The translations under genes and the position numbers were made by a program. From Gloeobacterales cyanobacterium (GTDB taxonomy: Bacteria; Cyanobacteriota; Cyanobacteriia; Gloeobacterales; PMM-0068), in the NCBI GenBank assembly GCA_038245785.1, contig JBBRSB010000048.1, positions 1-16,073 of the forward strand: a stretch of DNA of 16,073 bases. Reading direction: 5' to 3'. Shown piece by piece: positions 1 through 7,186 of this stretch. Under the pieces are notes generated by a model. That model was not told the DNA's origin, ran no database searches, and saw only the letters and a list, made by a program, of their open reading frames with translations. How positions within the stretch are numbered: position 1 is the first letter of the stretch; each line of letters starts with the position of its first letter.

Positions 1-133
1 CTTCCGCTTTTTTACTTTAAGCCCTTCTTCAATCGGTCTAGGGGTGATGGGGAGGAGCGAACCATATGTTAGTAGACATGATTCCTGTCATCGCATGCAT
101 AGTCGTCTCCTCTGCCTTTCTAGTGGTCGTCTC

Positions 134-218
134 CCCATAAACCTGCTGGAGCGGAATGGTAGGAGATCTTGGTTATGCAGCGAAGGCAAATTACAGCCGC
201 TCAGCAGGAACGTTATGC
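134..218 (+). mobile_element. attC-like integron recombination site (left R'' box degenerate)
   Basis: CCTGCTGGAGCGG (142-154) pairs with CCGCTCAGCAGG (197-208) with one unpaired extra G. It ends in GAAC-GTTATGC (212-218), matching GTTRRRY except at one position. The left end reads CCATAAAC rather than a full RYYYAAC+AAC. Confidence 0.7.
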
Positions 219-424
219 AGCTCAGTCTTGAGTGGGATGCAACCCAAGGGCTTGTCTGTGCATGGGTGAGAACAGATAATGTAAAGCTGTTTAAGCGGTT
301 GTTGAAGGTGAACCCCAGAATTGTTGCCTCCAACCAAGACAAGTGGCTAGCTCATCGGAGTTCCAGAGTAAAATATATGCAACACCCTAACTACTAAATT
401 TCTTGCAGCAGGACCAATCCAGTA

Positions 425-754
425 GTGTTTCTATCTCAGGACGCGATCATTGCAGAAGAAAAGCTGACTAAATATCTGCTTGTCCTATTGCCCAAAGATG
501 ACAAGTCTCAGTTTTTGGCTCAGGCCGGGTACATGTTGAATAATTGGCAGCAGTTTGAAGGAGATCTGCGCAGTCAAGTCTTGACTCAACCGGCTGCACT
601 TATTGAAACCAATCGCTATGGTAAGAAATATCGCATCTATGCTCGTCTTCGAGGAACCAATGATGTTGAACTCAGTATTATGACCATTTGGATGGTAACC
701 AACGGTACGACCAAATTTGTGACCTTAGTGCCAGATAAAGGAGTGAACCGATGA
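425..754 (+). CDS. DUF6883-like protein, putative nuclease-type toxin
   Basis: 109-aa ORF with GTG start. The motifs 'AIIAEEKLTKYLL..DKSQFLAQAGY', 'NRYGKKY', 'LRGTN' and 'TIW...KFVTLVP' match my recollection of the family. It overlaps the next gene by ATGA. Confidence 0.75.
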   Translation: MFLSQDAIIAEEKLTKYLLVLLPKDDKSQFLAQAGYMLNNWQQFEGDLRSQVLTQPAALIETNRYGKKYRIYARLRGTNDVELSIMTIWMVTNGTTKFVTLVPDKGVNR

Positions 755-1077
755 AGATACAGTATCGCCTATTTTCTCAGGTTGCCTTAGCTGAGGATTT
801 ACCAGAGTATCACCTCAGACGAGGAGATATTGCAATGATTGTGGAGCATTATCCTATGCTTGAAGGGGAAGAAGATGGGTATAGCTTAGAGGGGTTTAAT
901 GTAACAAATGTAACGGTTGAGGTGGCAGCTTCACAAATTATCCCTGTGAGCCAGTGGCAGCAAGAGGAAGAAATTTTAGCCAAATTACGTCAGTTATCTC
1001 AATCAAGACTGCTGCAACTCCAAGAGTACCTCGACTTCCTCTTACAGAAAGATAGAGCAGATCAGAAAAGTGCTTGA
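751..1077 (+). CDS. DUF4926-like protein (putative antitoxin/immunity) with a DUF2281-like C-terminal helical extension
   Basis: 'LFSQVALAEDLPEYHLRRGDIAMIVEHY...EDGYSLE' is the DUF4926 pattern. The tail 'EEILAKLRQLSQSRLLQLQEYLDFLLQK' resembles DUF2281. It is translationally coupled (ATGA, 751-754) and has AAGGAG upstream. Confidence 0.75.
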   Translation: MKIQYRLFSQVALAEDLPEYHLRRGDIAMIVEHYPMLEGEEDGYSLEGFNVTNVTVEVAASQIIPVSQWQQEEEILAKLRQLSQSRLLQLQEYLDFLLQKDRADQKSA

Positions 1078-1123
1078 GAATTGTAAGTTTCGACAGTAGA
1101 TATCAAATGATAGTATGGGCGCA

Positions 1124-1212
1124 GCATAACAACTCCAATGCACACCGAGTCGTACAGAAATTATCTGTGGGGGTTCAAAATCATTAGCGACGGGTGATTG
1201 GGAACGTTAGGC
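1124..1212 (+). mobile_element. attC-like integron recombination site (89 bp)
   Basis: GCATAAC-AACT-CCAATGCAC...GTGATTGG-GAAC-GTTAGGC. It has R''/R' boxes, inner inverted arms CCAAT(G)CAC / GTGATTGG with an extrahelical base, and further pairing GTCG/CGAC. It starts 47 nt after the stop of the upstream gene. Confidence 0.8.
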
Positions 1213-1360
1213 CGCTCGCTTGAGGGAAACTTTTTAGTTGCAAACAATCCTAGCCGAGAGTCCCTGTTATTGCAGGTCGAGGCTTCTACTATTGCTGGCC
1301 GTTACACTTGGTTGCCAGAATTAAGGATAAGAAGACTCCTTGGCACGTTAAGATCTGACC

Positions 1361-2116
1361 ATGCTAGCGAAAAGAATTTTGCCTTGCTTGGATGTGAAGG
1401 CTGGTCGGGTAGTCAAAGGCGTCAACTTTGTTGGGCTACGGGATGCTGGAGACCCTGTGGAACTGGCCCGCGTCTACAACGATGCTGGAGCCGATGAGTT
1501 GGTCTTTCTGGACATTACCGCTACCCATGAAGGCCGTGGAATCCTCATTGATGTGGTCTACCGAACGGCGGAAGAGATATTTATTCCGCTAACGGTGGGC
1601 GGTGGCATTGATAATCTAGAGACGATTTCTCAGCTCCTGCAAGCGGGAGCCGACAAGGTGAGTATCAACTCGGCGGCGGTGCGGGACCCTAGTTTTATTA
1701 ATCGGGCCAGTGAGCGTTTTGGGAGCCAGTGTATTGTGGTGGCAATTGATGCGCGTAGAGAAGGCGATCATTGGGGGGTATATGTCCGAGGAGGCCGGGA
1801 AGCCACAGGGTTAGACGCCTTAGCCTGGGCCAAGGAAGTGGAAGAAAGGGGCGCGGGAGAAATTCTTCTCACAAGCATGGACCGGGATGGGACTAGGGTT
1901 GGCTACGACTTGGTCTGTACCCGTACCATCAGCGAAGCGGTACAGATACCTGTGATTGCCTCTGGGGGTGCCGGAAATCTGGAACATATCCGAGAAGCTT
2001 TTACGCAAGGAAAAGCAGAAGCGGCATTACTGGCTTCTCTCCTACACTATGGGGAATTAACCGTGGCCCAGATTAAAGCCGATTTGCTAGCTCATGACAT
2101 TCCTGTACGCCCTTAG
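1361..2116 (+). CDS. hisF: Imidazole glycerol phosphate synthase cyclase subunit
   Basis: [65 protein letters not shown]; 251 aa. Confidence 0.98.
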   Translation: MLAKRILPCLDVKAGRVVKGVNFVGLRDAGDPVELARVYNDAGADELVFLDITATHEGRGILIDVVYRTAEEIFIPLTVGGGIDNLETISQLLQAGADKVSINSAAVRDPSFINRASERFGSQCIVVAIDARREGDHWGVYVRGGREATGLDALAWAKEVEERGAGEILLTSMDRDGTRVGYDLVCTRTISEAVQIPVIASGGAGNLEHIREAFTQGKAEAALLASLLHYGELTVAQIKADLLAHDIPVRP

Positions 2117-2131
2117 ATATCTTAAAAACCT

Positions 2132-3400
2132 ATGCACCCTCACATTTGGCATCCCTATACTCAAGCCAAAACAGCACCTTTACCCCTGAAAGTGAAATCG
2201 GCTAAAGGAGTTTGGCTTGAATTAGAAGATGGTCGCAAAGTTATGGACTGTATTTCTAGCTGGTGGGTGAATCTGCATGGACACAGTCATCCTAAAATTG
2301 CTGAAGCTATTTATCAGCAAGCGCAGCAGTTAGAACAAGTCATTTTTGCTGGATTTAGCCATGAACCCGCCGAAAAATTAGCAGAACAATTGGTGAGAAG
2401 ATTAGCAGGTCGATTCAATCGTGTTTTCTTCTCTGATAATGGCTCCACGGCTGTAGAAGTTGCCCTCAAAATGGCCTATCAGTATTGGGTGAATCAAGGG
2501 AAAAAACGGACAACTTTTATTGCTTTTGAGGGAGCTTATCATGGGGATACTTTTGGGGCGATGTCCGTAGGAGCGCGTTCACTTTTTTCTGAAGCCTTTT
2601 CTGACTGGCTCACAGCTGTAGAATTTCTTCCCTTTCCAGAAACTTATATTGGTGATATGGAAGTTATTGAGAAAGAAACACGCGTCATTACACAACTAGA
2701 AGAACTTTTAGAAAAAAATCCTGACCGATATGCAGGCATCATCTTAGAACCACTAGTGCAAGGAGCTGGAGGCATGCGGATGGGACGACCTGAATTTCTG
2801 CAACAGCTTCGTCGGGTGGCCGATCAATTTAATATACTCCTGATTTTTGATGAAGTAATGACAGGATTTGGTCGTACAGGAGATTGGTTTGCTTGTACAA
2901 AAGCTCGGGTAGAACCTGATATTATCTGTCTTTCTAAAGGCTTAACGGGTGGATTCCTACCCTTTGCCGTAACAGTATGCTCAGAAGCCATTTACAATGT
3001 CTTTTACAGTGATGATCCACTCAAGACTTTATACCATGGACATAGCTATACAGCTAATCCTTTAGGGTGTGCTGCAGCCTTAGCTTCGCTGCAGTTAATG
3101 CTAGAAAATGAATCTGCTTTTCGGACGATGGAATCAAAGCATCGTAATCATTTTAATGCACTGCATAATCATCCTAAAGTTATCCATCTACGGGTGACAG
3201 GAACGATTGCCGCCATGGATCTTGTAACAGATGACCAGCCTAGTTATCTCAATCATATTGCTGCACAAATCCGTCAACGTTCGCTTGAAAAAGGTTTACT
3301 ACTGCGACCTCTAGGAAATGTTCTTTATCTGATGCCGCCCTACTGTATTACTGATGAGGAATTGGCTGAAGTATATAAAGGCATTGAAGCCATCTTGTAA
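2132..3400 (+). CDS. bioA: Adenosylmethionine-8-amino-7-oxononanoate transaminase (class III PLP aminotransferase)
   Basis: HIWHPYTQ, SSWWVNLHGH, SDNGSTAVEVALKMA, YHGDTFGAMSV, DEVMTGFGRTG, PLP lysine in SKGLTGG, HGHSYTANP, LLRPLGNVLYLMPPY. Confidence 0.95.
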   Translation: MHPHIWHPYTQAKTAPLPLKVKSAKGVWLELEDGRKVMDCISSWWVNLHGHSHPKIAEAIYQQAQQLEQVIFAGFSHEPAEKLAEQLVRRLAGRFNRVFFSDNGSTAVEVALKMAYQYWVNQGKKRTTFIAFEGAYHGDTFGAMSVGARSLFSEAFSDWLTAVEFLPFPETYIGDMEVIEKETRVITQLEELLEKNPDRYAGIILEPLVQGAGGMRMGRPEFLQQLRRVADQFNILLIFDEVMTGFGRTGDWFACTKARVEPDIICLSKGLTGGFLPFAVTVCSEAIYNVFYSDDPLKTLYHGHSYTANPLGCAAALASLQLMLENESAFRTMESKHRNHFNALHNHPKVIHLRVTGTIAAMDLVTDDQPSYLNHIAAQIRQRSLEKGLLLRPLGNVLYLMPPYCITDEELAEVYKGIEAIL

Positions 3401-3468
3401 TAGAGCTCTCCCGATTCCGGACGAGGGGGGCAGGGGGCAAGATGAGAAGGGATAGAGGATTGTGAAGG

Positions 3469-4194
3469 TCAAACCTGGCCATACATAGCCTGTTTCATTT
3501 CTCGCACTGCTCGCTCAAGGCCGACGTAGACGGCTCGGGCAATAATCGAGTGACCGATATTCAGTTCTTCCATGCCAGGAATTTGGGCTACAGGATAGAC
3601 ATTCCAGTAGTTTAGGCCATGTCCAGCGTTGACTCGAACTTCCCTTCTCAGTGCTTCTTCCGTAGCGGCTTCCAGTAAATAAAGCTGTTTGTTGCGGTCT
3701 TCTTCGGTCTTCGCCTCTGCATAGGTTCCGGTATGTAATTCGATAAACCGAGCCTTCATCTGAGCAGAAGCAACGATTTGCTTCGGGTCTGGGTCAATAA
3801 ATAAACTCACAGGAATACCTGCCTCCTGCAGCGTAGAAACTGCTTTTTCCACGCGGTCAAATTGCCCTGCCACATCTAAACCGCCCTCTGTGGTCACTTC
3901 TTGGCGATTTTCTGGTACCAGGGTCACATAGTCAGGTTTGACCTCTAGGGCAAGAGCTACCATCGGCTCTGTGACCGCCATTTCTAGATTGAAATGGGTA
4001 CGTACGGTTTGTTTGAGCAAGAGAATGTCCCGGTCTTGCATATGCCGACGGTCTTCGCGCAAATGGGCTGTAATCCCGTCTGCTCCTGCTAATTCAGCCA
4101 GGATAACGGCCTGTACTGGGTCAGGTTCCACTGTCCTGCGGGCCTGCCGAACAGTCGCAATATGGTCTAGATTAACGCCAAGAGAAAGAGCCAC
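3469..4194 (-). CDS. pdxJ: Pyridoxine 5'-phosphate synthase
   Basis: [62 protein letters not shown]. Confidence 0.98.
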   Translation of the reverse strand: MALSLGVNLDHIATVRQARRTVEPDPVQAVILAELAGADGITAHLREDRRHMQDRDILLLKQTVRTHFNLEMAVTEPMVALALEVKPDYVTLVPENRQEVTTEGGLDVAGQFDRVEKAVSTLQEAGIPVSLFIDPDPKQIVASAQMKARFIELHTGTYAEAKTEEDRNKQLYLLEAATEEALRREVRVNAGHGLNYWNVYPVAQIPGMEELNIGHSIIARAVYVGLERAVREMKQAMYGQV

Positions 4195-4350
4195 AGGTTC
4201 TTCACAGAATGCTTCTCTTGTGATCCTACTGTTTCAGGAGTCCTTCAAGCCCAAGGATTTTCAGAAAAGAAACTAACAAACGCAGGTTTCCCGAAAAGTT
4301 CTGGATACACTTGAAATACTAATACTTCTAATAGATAGGACTGACCCCGT

Positions 4351-5028
4351 ATGAACACCTCTCGGGAACGTTTAGGAACCGTCGGACAAGGGCAAGGCCT
4401 AGCGGCCAATCTGCCTGGAGCCTTTGCGGCCATGGGTATTTCCCTCGCGTTGACAGGGGCAGTGGCATGGCGAGCAGGTTCTCTGCCAGGAATCAGAGAA
4501 TGGTTTTGGCCCTTGTTAATAGTGCAGCTTGTGCTGATTCTTGCGATCGGTACTGTCCGGTCCTGGTCCAAAGATAGCGATATGCTCTCCCTTTTCCTGC
4601 TCTACATCTATGCGGGTGTAACAGGTTTAGTCTTGGCCCCTATAGCCAGCATTTATTTAGCTGATGCCGCAGGTCAGAGCCTCATTCTTAAAGCCGCTGG
4701 TTCAGCAGGAGCAACTTTTGGAGCTGCCGCCATCTACGGTTGGACCACCAAAAAGGACCTGAGTAACTGGGGTAGCATCCTGTTCATGGCGGTGCTCGGT
4801 CTGATTATTTCTTCATTGATCAATATTGTCTGGCTGCAATCATCTTTAAGTGACCTGCTTATCTCTGGAATCTCGGTTTTAGTCTTCACCGCCTTTACCG
4901 CCTATGACCTAAACATTGCCAAGAATAACCGTTTCAATCAGACTTCAGGCCAGATTGCCCTTGGTCTATATCTCAACTTTCTGAACTTGTTCTTGGCTTT
5001 CCTTCGCTTATTTGGTGGCAGAAGATAA
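4351..5028 (+). CDS. Bax inhibitor-1/YccA family membrane protein
   Basis: About 7 hydrophobic segments, 'YGWTTKKDLSNWG', 'FTAYD' and a C-terminal 'ALGLYLNFLNLFLAFLRLFG'; AGGA upstream. Confidence 0.92.
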   Translation: MNTSRERLGTVGQGQGLAANLPGAFAAMGISLALTGAVAWRAGSLPGIREWFWPLLIVQLVLILAIGTVRSWSKDSDMLSLFLLYIYAGVTGLVLAPIASIYLADAAGQSLILKAAGSAGATFGAAAIYGWTTKKDLSNWGSILFMAVLGLIISSLINIVWLQSSLSDLLISGISVLVFTAFTAYDLNIAKNNRFNQTSGQIALGLYLNFLNLFLAFLRLFGGRR

Positions 5029-5051
5029 GAGGCTTATCAAGCATAGAATCA

Positions 5052-5081
5052 GAACCCGACCTGCATACTAAGGTCGGGTTC
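5052..5081. terminator. Hairpin between convergent genes (probable bidirectional terminator)
   Basis: Perfect 11-bp stem GAACCCGACCT / AGGTCGGGTTC with an 8-nt loop, between the stops at 5028 and 5112. Confidence 0.75.
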
Positions 5082-5111
5082 CGATTATCAAGGTGAACCT
5101 TTCAGATTGGA

Positions 5112-5339
5112 TTAATCCAACAGATTCTTTTTGAAAGCTTTCATCTCTTTCCAAAGTTCTTTGATCTGTTTATAAGCTTCCTCTGGTGATATCTTTCCAC
5201 CATTTTCTAATGCGCAAATTATAGCCACACGGTCAGAAAATTCTTGGAGATTCGCATCGAATATTATATGGGGCAGCGTCTCTTCGCCGTGATAGCTGCG
5301 GTAGGGGTAGATGAAGTCTTTTTTTTCTATGTCTGACAT
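5112..5339 (-). CDS. Conserved small cyanobacterial hypothetical protein (DUF7219-like)
   Basis: 'KDFIYP...YHGE....IIFDANLQEFSDRVAIICALENGGKISPEEAYKQIKELWKEMK' is a recognisable cyanobacterial small-protein pattern. The family name is from memory. Confidence 0.85.
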   Translation of the reverse strand: MSDIEKKDFIYPYRSYHGEETLPHIIFDANLQEFSDRVAIICALENGGKISPEEAYKQIKELWKEMKAFKKNLLD

Positions 5340-5525
5340 AAAATACTTTGCTTGAAACTATAAATTCATCACTTAACAATAATTTACCAAAGTAAAGGTT
5401 AGATTAAAGAAGAAGAGCTATCAACTTGTCTCTTGTAATAATTGGCTAGAGCAAAAGATAGCCCTATGTAGGTTAAGACAAGCTCATTTCTTGAAAACGT
5501 ATAACTTTTCTCTAACTTCTTCCGA

Positions 5526-5559
5526 TTGACAGCATTTAAGGAGCAATTTAAGCTGTCAA
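5526..5559. repeat. Inverted repeat at the left border of the decayed island
   Basis: TTGACAGC-N18-GCTGTCAA, with ATTTAAG occurring twice inside it. Confidence 0.6.
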
Positions 5560-5566
5560 CGGCTCT

Positions 5567-5833
5567 ATGGTAACTGAAGATGAATTTAAAGGCTTTTTAG
5601 ACAGTGAAGTCACTCCTCTTTTTCCTGATGGATTGACCCTGTTGACGGGCGCAGGTCAATTCAAGAACTCAAGTGGAACCATTATCCGAGAGGGCTTCAA
5701 GCTCTTGATACTGCTCTATCCTTTCAAAAGCGAAAGTACCCGAGCCATCGAACAAATCCGAGATGCCTATAAAAGTACTTTCCAGCAAGAGTCAGTGTTG
5801 CGTGTTGATGAACCCTCATGCGTATCTTTCTGA
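5567..5833 (+). pseudogene. DUF3574-like protein, 5'-truncated
   Basis: 'VTEDEFKGFLDSEVTPLFPDGLTLL...GQF...[21 protein letters not shown]' matches DUF3574. The usual upstream signal peptide and 'ELYFG' segment is absent, and an in-frame TAA lies six codons upstream. Confidence 0.7.
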
Positions 5834-5933
5834 TAGGTCTGATGATTCTGAATCAATATACAAATCTTGGAAATGCATCAATTCCTTGCATAGGCTTGGC
5901 ATTATTATTCCCATAAAGATAAGTGATTCCCCT

Positions 5934-6095
5934 CAAGATGAAACCATCTTGGTTTGGGATGTTGAAACCGGACAGTGCCTCAAAACATTACGGGCTCCCA
6001 GACTTTATGAGGGAATGGATATCACTTATGTCACAGGGTTGACCGACGCTCAAAAGGAAACCCTGTGGGCATTAGGCGCGCTAAGGGAACAGTAG
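5934..6095 (+). pseudogene. C-terminal remnant of a cyanobacterial NB-ARC/NACHT-WD40 protein
   Basis: '[49 protein letters not shown]' is a last WD40 repeat plus the characteristic tail. The preceding part of ORF 5763-6095 is unrelated. Confidence 0.85.
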
Positions 6096-6354
6096 TTCGA
6101 CTGCTTAGGTTATCGGTAGTGACAGTGCTTAGAAGTTATCTATAGACGTTAGGGTCGAGTTGCAATTTTGCTAATGAGTAATTTTCATGCCTGAGATCAA
6201 TCGTCAAGTCATTGCGATTCACACATAACAACTGGGACTGTCTTCACTGAGTTCATCATATCTGTGGCAGAGCAATATTAGGTTAATTTCCGGGGAACAA
6301 ATAGCTAGAGGGACTTCCAATCAATTATCATGGGAATTGCAGTGAGTAATCTGA

Positions 6355-6594
6355 ATGAAGTTTATAACTCTTGAAGAAGCCCTCAAATATATTAAGCAGC
6401 TCTCCGTTGTTGATAAGGTTCGATTGATTGAACGGATCGCGCCTGAGATAAAACGGGAATTAATGGTCATCAAATCCACTCCTAGAAAGTCTTTATGGGG
6501 TTTATTTGCTGATCTGGGAAAAGCCCCTTCTGTCGAGAATATTGATCAAGCTCGGAGAGATGAATGGGCTAACTTCCCACGGGATGATTTCTGA
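6355..6594 (+). CDS. Putative antitoxin (VapB-like partner of a PIN toxin)
   Basis: 79 aa, 'TLEEAL...QLSVVDKVRLIERIAPEI...PRKSLWGL.ADLGKAPS.E.IDQARRDEWANFPR'. Its stop overlaps the PIN gene start (TGATG). Confidence 0.8.
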   Translation: MKFITLEEALKYIKQLSVVDKVRLIERIAPEIKRELMVIKSTPRKSLWGLFADLGKAPSVENIDQARRDEWANFPRDDF

Positions 6595-6996
6595 TGCTGT
6601 GTGCTGTTTTAGATACCCACACTGTTATCTGTTACATCTTTGCTAATTGAAGACTCTCTATCACTGCTCGAAACACAATTGAGTAAATTGCTAGTGAGGG
6701 AAATCAGGTAAATAATCTCATCCATTACCCTGACAGAGATTATTTACCTGAGTGAAAAAGAACGCATTGATGAATCTACCTTTGACCGTCTAATAACGGC
6801 GATCAATAGTGAGGATGCCTTACTCGTGGAGATTCCGTTTGAGCAAGGCATTGCGCAGGCGTTGAGGAAAGTTGAACGGACGCAAATTCCAGAGCTGCCA
6901 GATCGAATCATTGCAGCTACAGCTCTTCACCTGGGTTTGCCACTGATTAGTCGTGACTACAAGATTCAGCTATCAGAGATAGCAACAATTTGGTAA
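6594..6996 (+). pseudogene. vapC: PIN-domain (VapC-family) toxin, inactivated
   Basis: Manual translation: MLCAVLDTHTVICYIFAN*RLSITARNTIE*IASEGNQV / +1 shift near 6711 / IISSITLTEIIYL...IPELPDRIIAATALHLGLPLISRDYKIQLSEIATIW*. The internal stops are at 6648-6650 and 6684-6686. Confidence 0.9.
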
Positions 6997-7017
6997 AGAT
7001 ATAGAATGGCTCATTGT

Positions 7018-7161
7018 CTAAGCTTTGTCAGCTTGAGCAAACTGAGCATAAAATTCCTGAGCCTTGACGATCGAGCGCACGGATTCACGATCTGCGACAG
7101 CGGCCCACCATTTTTTCAGCCGATCGATTCCTGGCAATAATTTGAAGCCTAGAAAATGCTC
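7018..7161 (-). pseudogene. C-terminal remnant of a glutathione S-transferase
   Basis: Manual translation EHFLGFKLLPGIDRLKKWWAAVADRESVRSIVKAQEFYAQFAQADKA* resembles the GST C-terminal 'RL..WW..V..R.SV' helix. Only ~25 nt separate it from the upstream gene, so most of the gene is deleted. Confidence 0.6.
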
Positions 7162-7186
7162 CTGTTATACCTCAACATAGCCGCGA

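Larger units (their letters stand above)
213..1206 (+). mobile_element. Putative integron gene cassette (994 bp) carrying a two-gene TA-like module
   Basis: Bounded by G/TTATGC at 212 and an attC-like site whose R'' box GCATAAC (1124-1130) is the exact reverse complement of GTTATGC, as expected for a cassette that can circularise. Confidence 0.68.

Noticed and set aside
55..134. GAACCATATGTTAGTAGAC as a dif/attI-like site, and the GTCGTCTCC direct repeat (102-110, 126-134)
   Set aside because: Matches to XerC/D or attI consensus are too weak, there are only two short copies, and it is not CRISPR-like.
44..397. 117-aa ORF (and antisense 88-342)
   Set aside because: It reads straight through an attC-like site and has no recognisable motifs; probably spurious.
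1198..1497. 99-aa ORF overlapping the hisF start
   Set aside because: Alternative-frame shadow of hisF that begins inside the attC site.
3405..3468. G-rich purine tract between bioA and pdxJ (GAGGGGGGCAGGGGGC)
   Set aside because: Too short and irregular to call a repeat family, G-quadruplex or terminator.
3938..4571. ORFs 3938-4276 (+) and 4245-4571 (-)
   Set aside because: Antisense shadows of pdxJ and the YccA gene.
5763..5933. N-terminal half of ORF 5763-6095
   Set aside because: Chance open frame overlapping the DUF3574 remnant; only the part from ~5934 is WD40-like.
6146..6155. ACGTTAGGGT as an attC R' box
   Set aside because: No upstream R'' box or inverted arms were found.
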